A stretch of DNA of 64,000 bases from positions 190,848 through 254,847 of the forward strand of contig NMRA01000514.1 in assembly GCA_002633005.1 (NCBI GenBank), given 5' to 3'. A program made the position numbers and the translations under genes. The notes beneath the pieces are model-generated. The model made no database searches. It had not been told where the DNA came from and worked only from the letters and a program-made list of their open reading frames with translations. Of the stretch, positions 26,601 through 34,910 are shown in pieces (within the stretch, counting starts at the first letter, position 1; the number at the start of each line of letters is the position of its first letter). Source of the DNA: Phoronis australis (lineage: Eukaryota > Animalia > Phoronida).

Positions 26601-29600
26601 ACAAGTGCAGCGCCACCTGTGGTGATGGAAGGCAGACAAGGGCAAGGTGGTGTACTAACCCTCGTCCTGCCAACGGAGGGAGCCAGTGTAGTGGTAACAA
26701 TAAAGAGACGAAGGCGTGCAAGATTAAAGATTGCCCAGGTAAAGTGGAGAAGGCAGAAAACATGGAAAATAGCAAAAACTACAAATTTCGATAACGAGCT
26801 ATCATTAGCTAATTGTTTAACACTACAAGCTGCGTCTCCGTTGTGTGATCGGTTAAATTTCTTTACGGAAAGCAACCCAGTCCGGTCTGAGATCACCGAG
26901 ACAGCCTGAGGATTTTAAGCTATTTAAGTATGGTTCGTTCGAAACAAGCCATCTTAAAGATTCATTATTCGTAATGGCTTGGTTCATGACTGCGCTGCGG
27001 AGGAACGGTTGCCAAAGATTGAAGCATCAGCCTAATTTGCAGTAGTCTACATTGACGCTATCGTCTTGCGCTGTATCAGGGCAACAATTCCTCAGTTTGG
27101 AACTAAAAAATACTTTTCAAATTGTTAAGTTTTCTCCCATCACTGACCTCCACCTTAAATTTCTTGAAAAATAGTGGTAATATATTAAAGCTACTAGTTT
27201 TTCGCTGTACCAGAGCAACAGTTTCTCAGTTAAGAACAAAATAAGTCATTTTCTTACCGTTAATTTTTCTCCCATCACTGACCCGCGCGTGCAATAATCA
27301 TGCTGTAAAAATAGTGTTAGATTTTCACCATATTTCCTTTATTGACCCAACAAAAATGAAACACCCGATTGTGAGTAAATACTGCAGAATCAGAGAGGGC
27401 GCTGCTAGTATTTCGGGAAATGAGCATTAGCACTACTACAACCACTGTACCAACTGCATACAATGAAAAGCTCCCTATTCACCAGGACGCGCGTTACTGA
27501 AGAAACACTTTTTCCAAATCTGAATAGGAAATTGACAACTCTTATCCTGCATCGTTTGAGGGAAAAATAACACGTGTGTTGTTTTCCAACTTAATTGGCG
27601 TTTTGAGAATGGCAAATAGTGAACCCTCGACACACATCTCTATGGCAAAATAGCGCAAAATCCGAAAGAGGGCTTCTGGGATTTCGGTTAGTAGCTATTG
27701 GTAGTGTTGTAGCCTTAAGCAGCAACGTTAGTGTCGTTTATTCATACAATACAACGTTTAACAATTCGTGCAGGTAAGAAGATAAATGGCGGATGGTCGG
27801 CATGGTCTAGGTGGTACAAGTGCAGCGCCACCTGTGGTGATGGAAGGCAGACAAGGGCAAGGTGGTGTACTAACCCTCGTCCTGCCAACGGAGGGAGCCA
27901 GTGTAGTGGTAACAATAAAGAGACGAAGGCGTGCAAGATTAAAGATTGCCCAGGTAAAGTGGAGAAGGCAGAAAACATGGAAAATAGCAAAAACTACAAA
28001 TTTTGATAACGAGCTATCATTAGCTAATTGTTTAACACTACAAGCTGCGTCTCCGTTGTGTGATCGGTTAAATTTCTTTACGGAAAGCAACCCAGTCCGG
28101 TCTGAGATCACCGAGACAGCCTGAGGATTTTAAGCTATTTAAGTATGGTTCGTTCAAAACAAGCTATCTTAAAGATTCATTATTCGTAATGGCTTGGTTC
28201 ATGACTGCGCTGCGGAGGAACGGTTGCCAAAGATTGAAGCATCAGCCTAATTTGCAGTAGTCTACATTGAAGCTATCGTCTTGTGCTGTATCAGGGCAAC
28301 AATTCTTCAGTTTGGAACTAAAAATACTTTTCAAATTGTTAAGTTTTCTCCCATCACTGACCTCCACCTTAAATTTCTTGAAAAATAGTGGTAATATATT
28401 AAAGCTACTAGTTTTGCGCTGTACCAGAGCAACAGTTCCTCAGTTAAGAACAAAATAAGTCATTTCTTAGCGTTAAATTTTCTCCCATCACTGACCCGCG
28501 CGTGCAATAATCATGCTGTAAAAATAGTGTTAGATTTTCACCATATTTCCTTTATTGACCCAACAAAAATGAAACACCCGATTGTGAGTAAATACTGCAG
28601 AATCAGAGAGGGCGCTGCTAGTGTTTCGGGGAATGAGCATTAGCACTACTACAACCACTGTACCAACTGCATACAATGAAAAGCTCCCTATTCACCAGGA
28701 CGCGCGTTACTGAAGAAACATTTTTTCCAAATCTGAATAGGAAATTGACAACTCTTATCCTGCATCGTTTGAGGTAAAAATAACACGTGTGGTGTTTTCC
28801 AACTTAATTGGCGTTTTGAGAATGGCAAATGGTGAACCCTCGACACACATCTCTATGGCAAAATAGCGCAAAATCAGAAAGAGGGCTTCTGGGATTTCGG
28901 TTAGTAGCTATTGGTAGTGTTGTAGCCTTAAGCAGCAACGTTAGTGTCGTTTATTCATACAATACAACGTTTAACAATTCGTGCAGGTAAGAAGATAAAT
29001 GGCGGATGGTCGGCATGGTCTAGGTGGTACAAGTGTAGCGCCACCTGTGGTGATGGAAGGCAGACAAGGGCAAGATGGTGTACTAACCCTCGTCCTGCCA
29101 ACGGAGGGAGCCAGTGTAGTGGTAGCAATAAAGAGACAAAGACGTGCAAGATTAAGGATTGTCCAGGTAAAATGGAGCTAACGGAAAGCCCGCGAAAACT
29201 ACAAATTTTAGTAACGAACAACTTCCAGTCAAGCTAATTGTTTAACACTGGACCTGTGTCTCCGTTGTGTGATCAAGTAATGTTGGTTTGCCGCTTTCTG
29301 AGTCTTCGCGTAGCGCAAAATTACTGTGATGCAGTCTTCTAGAGGATTTCCTTTACTGAACGCAAACCAAGTTCGGTGTGAATTCACGGAACCCTTATGT
29401 CATTTAAGTACAGTTGTTGTTTTGTTTATCTCCCATCACTGGCCCCAACTTTTACCGTGCCGTAAAAATAGTGCCAGACTTTTACCATATTTCCGTCATT
29501 GACCCTCCCAAAAATGAAACACAGGATTGTGGGTAAATACTGTACAATCATTGAGAGCGCTGCTGGTGTTTCGATCGAGAAGTGGCCATTAGCAGTACTG

Positions 29601-31704
29601 CAACCCGGTGCATACATCATGCAGTGGAAGGCATCATTTTCACCAGGACGCGTGAAACATTTTTTTCAAATCTGAATAGGAAATTGACAACTCTTATTCT
29701 GCAACGTTTGAGGGATAAATAAAAGGTGTCGTGTTTTTCAACTTTATCGGCGTTTTGAGAATGGCAATCGGTGAACCCTCGACACAGATCTCTATGGGAA
29801 AATACCGCAAAATCATAAAGAGCGTTACTGGAATTTCGGTTGTAGTTATTGGTAGTGTTGTAGCACTGATTTAGCAGTAACGTTAGTGTCGTTTATTCAT
29901 ACAATACAACTTTAAACAATTTGTGCAGCTAAGGAGATAAATGGCGGATGGTCGACATGGTCTCGGTGGTACAAGTGCAGCGCCACCTGTGGTAATGGAA
30001 GGCAGACAAGGGCAAGATGGTGTACTAACCCTCGTCCTGCCAACGGAGGGAGCCAGTGTAGCGGTAACAATAAAGAGACGAAGGCGTGCAAGATTAAGGA
30101 CTGTCCAGGTAAAATGGAGCTAACGGAAAGTCCGCAAAAACTACAAATTTTGGTAACGAACAACTTCCAGTCAAGCTAATTGTTTAACTTTGGAGCTGTG
30201 TCTCCGTTTTGTGATCTAGTAAATGTTGGTTTGACGCTTTCTGAGTCTCCACGTAGCGCAAAATGACTGTGATGCAGTCTTGTAGAGGATTTCCTTCCTT
30301 TACAGAACGCAAACCAAGCTCGGTGTGAGATCACCGAAGCCTTATGTCATTTAAGTACAGTTGCTGTTTTGTTATCTCTCATCACTGGCCTCAACTTTTA
30401 CCGTGCTGTAAAAATAGTGCCAGACTTTTACCATATTTCCGTCATTGACCCTCCCAAAAATGAAACTCAGGACTGTGGATAAATACTGCTCAATCATTGA
30501 GAGCGCTGCTGGTGTTTCGATGGAGAAGTGGCCATTAGCAGTACTGCAACCCGGTACATACATCACTATGCAGTGGAAGGCATCATTTACACCAGGACAC
30601 GCGAAACCTTTTTCCAAATCTGAATAGGAAATTGACAACTCTTATTCTGCAACGTTTGAGGGATAAATAAAAGGTGTGATGTTTTTCAAATTTATCGGCG
30701 TTTTGAGAATGGCAATCAGTGAACCCTCTACACAGTTCACTGTGGGAAAATACCGCAAAATCATAAAGAGCGCTACTGGAATTTCGGTTAGTAGTTATTG
30801 GTAGTGTTGTAGCATTTAGCAGTAACGTTAGTGTCGTTTATTCATACAATACAACTTTTAACAATTCGTGCAGCTAAGAAGATAAATGGCGGATGGTCGG
30901 CATGGTCTAGTTGGTACAAGTGCAGCGCCACCTGTGGTAATGGAAGGCAGACAAGGGCAAGATGGTGTACTAACCCTCGTCCTGCCAACGGAGGGAGCCA
31001 GTGTAGTGGTAACAATAAAGAGACGAAGGCGTGCAAGATTAAGGACTGTCAAGGTAAAATGGAGCTAACAGGAAGCCAGAAAAATAGCAAAAACTACAAA
31101 TTTTGTTAACGAACTGCCTCAAGCTAATTGTTTAACACTGGAGCTGTGTCTCCGTTGTGTGATCAATTAAATTTTGGTTTGCCGCTTTCTGATGTCTCGT
31201 ATCGCAAAATGACCGTGATGCAGTCTTATAGAGGACTTCAGTGCCTTTTAGGGAACGCAAACCTTGTTCGGTGTGAGGTTAGCGAAGCCTTAAGTCACTT
31301 AAGTACAGCTCTTCTCCCATCACTGACCCAACTTTTACCATTCTGTAAAAATAGTGTGAGATTTTCACTATATTTCCGCCGCTGACCCTACAAATTCTTT
31401 TTTAAACTCCAAATACAAAAAATGGAAATTTCACCAACGACGTGACGTCAATTCCAGAATATTGAAAACGACAAAGGTGTGAGTGAACGACAAGATGAAC
31501 AAGATCCCGTTTTCTTTTCTTGTAGTTAAAGTGCCCTGGTGGCTTCAGAACAAAAACAGCGGTTCGTCTGGAAGCCGCAGCCACAAGAGTCACAAGCACA
31601 GCAAGAGTCACAAGCACAGCAAGAGTCACAAGCACAGCAAGAGTCACAAGCACAGCAAGAGTCACAAGCACAGCAAGAGCAACAGCAGAAAGAAGGGGAG
31701 ATAA
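726..31704 (+). CDS. Large multi-exon mosaic lectin/adhesion protein: kringle, CxC/coiled coil, 6 SUEL (rhamnose-binding) lectin, 11 TSP1, WSC, His/Lys/Ser tail (rhamnospondin-like; 5' end upstream of window)
   Basis: Exons traced by AG/GT boundaries with consistent phases: 726-992, 1637-1761, 7067-7292, 7909-8081, 10147-10330, 11313-11486, 12174-12340, 12793-12946, 14537-14707, 15140-15427, 15952-16130, 16345-16498, 18718-18888, 19395-19561, 19748-19895, 20132-20302, (gap)20903-20965, 21138-21285, 21514-21684, 22466-22632, 22825-22978, 23163-23333, 26559-26738, 27774-27953, 28987-29166, 29929-30108, 30874-31053, 31526-31704(TAA). Joining all into one transcript is inference; one internal TGA at 11480. 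Confidence 0.85.
1637..1761 (+). CDS. Linker exon with CDC motif and start of helical segment (phase 1-0)
   Basis: ttccag|AT GAA... [42 protein letters not shown]|gtattt; supplies the phase change needed to join kringle exon to 7067. Confidence 0.75.
3871..4150. repeat. Degenerate approx. 20-bp minisatellite (AATAATTACTTTACGCCGC) with local inversion
   Basis: Unit repeated about 10 times; GGCGTAAAGTAATTACTTTACGAC palindrome near 4027. Confidence 0.8.
4410..6208. mobile_element. Decayed Penelope-like retroelement, two GIY-YIG/pLTR ends in inverted orientation (4410-4975 minus, about 5430-6208 plus)
   Basis: Minus arm encodes YIGET...HRFAEH...[21 protein letters not shown] (Penelope GIY-YIG C-terminus); plus arm is its reverse complement, both ending in AAGTAACTTCTC(T/C)GTTTTTAC-like tails. 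Confidence 0.8.
6831..6974. mobile_element. Small GC-rich MITE
   Basis: TIR CATGGGCGGCGC...GCGCCGCCCATG; TTTTA on both flanks. Confidence 0.7.
7067..7292 (+). CDS. Coiled-coil exon (phase 0-1)
   Basis: ttacag| [14 protein letters not shown]...[26 protein letters not shown]...KIIS |gtacga; heptad-like hydrophobic spacing. Confidence 0.8.
7909..8081 (+). CDS. SUEL lectin domain 1, first half
   Basis: [12 protein letters not shown]...IKSAVYGR...C; cag| and |gtatgt. Confidence 0.9.
9106..9342. mobile_element. MITE family A (PIF/Harbinger-like), copy 1
   Basis: TIR GGGCCTGTTCCAAGAAACTGACTTA...TAAGTCAGTTTTGTTGGAACGGGCCC; same body as copies at 39378, 43779, 61470. Confidence 0.85.
10147..10330 (+). 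CDS. SUEL lectin domain 1, second half plus poly-Glu linker
   Basis: [34 protein letters not shown] then [15 protein letters not shown]; |gtaag. Confidence 0.9.
10190..11111. other. Direct duplication around N at 10659 (probable uncollapsed haplotype overlap)
   Basis: 10190-10653 vs 10660-11111 nearly identical; second copy begins mid-exon immediately after the N. Confidence 0.8.
10356..10406. repeat. (TATATG)n/(AT)n microsatellite
   Basis: Seen; shorter allele at about 10826-10864. Confidence 0.9.
11313..11486 (+). CDS. TSP1 repeat 1 exon with in-frame TGA at last Cys position
   Basis: [29 protein letters not shown]...CNTSP-TGA-S; splice sites intact. Confidence 0.8.
12174..12946 (+). CDS. 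SUEL lectin domain 2 (exons 12174-12340 and 12793-12946)
   Basis: [11 protein letters not shown]...AVYGR...C / [29 protein letters not shown]. Confidence 0.9.
13296..13375. mobile_element. Approx. 80-bp MITE family B (TA-flanked), copy 1; other copies 54060-54139 and 63276-63355
   Basis: Shared core GAGAAC(C)AGTTTTCTCCATTGAAT...AAACTGGTTCTC with short TIRs and TA flanks. Confidence 0.7.
14537..14707 (+). CDS. TSP1 repeat 2 exon
   Basis: [28 protein letters not shown]...C. Confidence 0.92.
15140..15427 (+). CDS. WSC carbohydrate-binding domain exon
   Basis: CFLDKSDR...[28 protein letters not shown]...[22 protein letters not shown]; phase 1-1. Confidence 0.92.
15952..16498 (+). CDS. SUEL lectin domain 3 (exons 15952-16130, 16345-16498; alternative in-frame acceptor at 15964)
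   Basis: VCEHK...YGR...; [12 protein letters not shown]. Confidence 0.9.
16177..16210. repeat. (AAT)n microsatellite
   Basis: Seen directly. Confidence 0.9.
16655..18616. mobile_element. Non-autonomous Kolobok-type DNA transposon carrying a decayed KolX/P2X7-C-terminus-like ORF
   Basis: TTAA|AGAATGCCACCC...GGGTGGCATTCTCCT|TTAA; internal GYRFEPEY...[13 protein letters not shown]...[12 protein letters not shown]...CLTDH.DF (17760-18105, frameshifted). Confidence 0.75.
18718..18888 (+). CDS. TSP1 repeat 3 exon
   Basis: [28 protein letters not shown]. Confidence 0.92.
19395..20302 (+). CDS. SUEL 4 plus TSP1 repeat 4 (exons 19395-19561, 19748-19895, 20132-20302)
   Basis: Same motifs and splice phases as other modules. 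Confidence 0.9.
20590..20639. repeat. (CA)n microsatellite
   Basis: Seen directly. Confidence 0.95.
20903..21684 (+). CDS. SUEL 5 (first exon truncated by gap at 20902) plus TSP1 repeat 5 (20903-20965, 21138-21285, 21514-21684)
   Basis: Near-identical exons to module 4; starts right after an N, so it could be an allelic copy of module 4. Confidence 0.7.
22466..23333 (+). CDS. SUEL 6 plus TSP1 repeat 6 (22466-22632, 22825-22978, 23163-23333)
   Basis: Same motifs; [10 protein letters not shown] variant. Confidence 0.9.
25008..26390. mobile_element. Helentron-associated (HINE/DINE-like) element with internal approx. 150-bp tandem repeats
   Basis: Starts TTTTTATGCGCCCAC hairpin, (GTCC)n microsatellite, then repeats each ending in GYGCCMCCTAGTGGC; 3' boundary approximate. 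Confidence 0.65.
26559..31053 (+). CDS. Five tandem 180-nt TSP1 exons (26559-26738, 27774-27953, 28987-29166, 29929-30108, 30874-31053)
   Basis: [40 protein letters not shown]...CKIKDC; each phase 1-1, in tandem units of about 1215, 1213, 942, 945 bp. Confidence 0.9.
31526..31704 (+). CDS. Terminal coding exon: basic His/Lys/Ser tail
   Basis: ttttcttgtag|TT AAA GTG... [21 protein letters not shown](SHKHSK)5SNSRKKGR-stop, phase-compatible with last TSP1 exon. Confidence 0.8.
31588..31677 (+). repeat. Coding 18-bp tandem repeat AGTCACAAGCACAGCAAG x5
   Basis: Five perfect copies seen. Confidence 0.95.
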
Positions 31705-32430
31705 GTCCAAAATGAACTGAAGGAATATACCATTTACAGTAAGTTGGCGTGTCCTGCTCCTTGGTTGGTTAACGTAATCGAAAAATGATTCTTTTTCACA
31801 TACAGACAGATAGATATCTGCACTTATCATATAAACTTCTTAAAAAAGACAATGTAAACCTCAATTTCTTTCATAACGAGTTCTGATATTACTCTTTTTC
31901 ATCCAAGCAAATCTATGTACTGCAATCTTGTAAAATGTGTGCATGTATTCTACTTTCAGATAGAAAAATGATTCCCTTGTGGAAATGTTGAACCAAGCCG
32001 CCATTATCCTGCGCACTTGAAATTAAAAATCTGACGTACCGATTCTTTAGCTGTAATGAACCTGTCTTCGATCATAAAATATTAACTTCTGCTTAGACCC
32101 CTTGCCGTTAACAATCTGGTCTCAAATTACTACTTTTTCAAGTAAGACGCGAGTTCTGGGTCTGGGAAAAAATCGCCCTGCGTCATTGCTTGAGACTATG
32201 CTCGGCGCTCAATCATTACGCTGGTCTCGAGCGCAAACGGTCAGTCAGTTCAGTCTGACCCCAGGACATATGAGAAAGCAGTGACTTGAGACCAATTATG
32301 TAACTGTAAATGGTTAACATCAAACATTTTTGACAAAAAGCGAATTCGTTTAACTCAATAAAGTCAAAGCAAATACGTTCAAAATATTCGTATGTTTGCA
32401 TTAAAACACTAACGTTTAATCACAAAAACC

Positions 32431-32590
32431 AGGGCTCCGTTTCATGAAACTATTTTTGTATTAACTTAAGACTAAAATACACGCAACAATGCTGTCATTC
32501 TATCAATTGTCACGTCGTGTTTGTTGGAAAATGCTGTTGACGCCATGCCAACAATCAAACTTTGAGTCAAACTTTCATTGAACGGAGCCC
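32431..32590. mobile_element. Small MITE
   Basis: GGCTCCGTTTCATGAAA...TTTCATTGAACGGAGCC imperfect TIR. Confidence 0.55.
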
Positions 32591-34910
32591 CGGTCTACGT
32601 ACGTGTTCTTAGTCCGTTAAGTCGTGGGAAGGTTTTCTTCGGTGATTGTAGTAGGATGGCAAAAATTTTACAACTCATTTCTCTCGCACGTTTGGTGATT
32701 AAAAGCCTTGAATGATTTTCAACAAGTGGCAACTTCTAAGAATTTTATATACTACGATTAGGCACGAAACAACTTATCTTCATGACAGTAGGCATGGTGC
32801 AGTGCTTTTGCTATCAAGTTGACACAATCGGTTTTAGGGCTTAAAAACGCATTTTGAGGATTAATTTTGGGTAGGATAGACATGACGTTATTAGCCTTAA
32901 CCAGAGTCACAAAACACCCCAATTGGTTGTTTTTGTGAATTTATTAAAATCGCCAATTACTGATGTGGGCTCCCAATCTTTTGAGAGACTCAACCAAAGC
33001 TTTCCAGTGCCCTTTCTTTGCACAGTGTTTTTACGCCAACGACACGCTGAAGATGACGACTTTTCTCCTCTTTTCGCGACGTTTGACTCGGCCGATTGTG
33101 CGCCACAATACTACATATCGGACGTATTGGATACTTTGGGTGGGAACTTTTTGGATCACAGTGCGCGGTCCGTGGATGAAACAACTTGGTTGTCAAAGAT
33201 TACGACTAGTGCCGGATTTAGACTTTGGGGGATCCGGGCTCTTCACGTTCGGGGGCCCACGATTTAACGACGTGGCTTAAGTAATATCTTAACATGCAAA
33301 TTCTGCTTATGTACAGCACTGCTTTTCCTACAATCAAACAGACACACGCATCGGTTGTTGTTGGGTGAATTACTGTTGGGAAATATTTAACGTATCTGAA
33401 AACAAAATGCACGTTTTATAATATATATTATGTATTCAAGTTTTCCTGTCACAACCAAATACATAGATTTGTACCAAACATTCAAAACCAGAAACTTCCA
33501 ACTAATGAAAGTATAGAGGTAACGAGCACAGAGTCAATCAGCACCTCAGTTTCCACCTCGAGAACTCGTGTTGCGAGAAAGTTACGATGAAAAAGAACCT
33601 ATTACAGGAAACACTGTACTTCTCTTCGCCATATTGTTTGATAATAAGTCAACGTCAGCGGTTCTTTTAAGACGCTTGTCTTTACTTCTAGGAGACATAG
33701 CACCCTCAAGCTGTCATGTGCCATCTTTGTTCTTCGACAATTCTGTACTAGAGACAGTTCTGCTGAATGGTCGCTCCGTTGAACAGCTCGTTGCTATTAT
33801 ACGCAGGTATATTCCTCTCTAGTCGAGGAACAGTATGACAGCAACGACAAGTTAATCCAATATCCCGCGTTTCTTTGTTCTTTTCCCTGGAATTCACCGA
33901 CAACGTGAGTGCATTCCTTACAACGAAGATTAAATTTTAAACCATATTCTCAATGGGCTTGGCACTATTCGTAGATTTTCATCTTCTTTTCAGTCTTTAC
34001 GTGCAAATCTTTTACGCTGACCGCACGTCAAAGTACAACTAAAACAACATACCGTGGCTTTTGGCCGACTGCAAAGCCATTTTCAGAAGTGTGGCTCACC
34101 ATTGTCACGACAAGTACAAAACATTGGGCTCTTAAAACATCGGCTATGTCCATCTATCATCCCCGTGCATTCGCTTGATAATGGCTTCGACATTCGATAC
34201 GAGTCAGATTTGTTTTTGTTTCTGCATGCTGCGGCTGATTTTGACAAAAAGAAATCTACTTTTCTTTGACATGAAAGCAAGAGGCAGGAGCAGAATCAAT
34301 TGTCACCTCTGAAGTATACAGTATCCACTGCACAGTACACTTCATCACTTGACTTTGTGCACTTGCAGTCAGAACTTTCTCTTGGGAGTTCAGAGTAGTC
34401 TTCAGTTGTAGAATCCTTCACAGCTTCCTTGCCTTCTGGTTTTCAAATTGGGAAAAGGCTATGAGTCGTGGTAGTTTGCACAGAGCAGCTGCGTATTCAT
34501 TCCTTTGGAAAGTTTTCTCATCTACGCCCTGGATAGCGGAGTTGACGTGCGTTCCTTCCTGGCAGTGGCAGCAACGAGATTGTTTGTTGTTTCTCAACCT
34601 TGTGTGAACAATTTGCACGCGCAGGACCACCCAGTAACAAAAGGATTGGTCAGCGTTGAAACAGTTGGGTCACAAAAAGGTGCAGTGGCTCATTTTTGGA
34701 ATAGGGGCTCCCTGACGTTGGAGCCCTTTATGTCGTGGTGAAGATCTATGGAATCTTATATCTGCATTGATTTTTAAGTATTTTTAGTTCAAAAGGGGTC
34801 CCTCTAGAAGGGGGGCGGAGCAATTGCCCCCTTTACCCCCTAAAAATCCAGCAGTAATTACGACAACATAGACCCGAACGACGGCGTTCAGAAAAACGTA
34901 TTTCAACTGA

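Noticed and set aside
26553-31068. Repeated [10 protein letters not shown]... and antisense ORFs over TSP1 exons
   Set aside because: Shadow frames of the duplicated TSP1 exons, no independent signal
31402-31830. Minus ORF with (LAVLVT)n hydrophobic repeat resembling a membrane protein
   Set aside because: Antisense of the SHKHSK repeat; plus frame has proper acceptor and phase
31968-32010. ATGA-N11-AAA motif as SECIS for the TGA at 11480
   Set aside because: No complementary stem or closing GA quartet visible
33500-34740. Short Cys-rich ORFs on both strands
   Set aside because: No recognisable domain or consistent splice pattern
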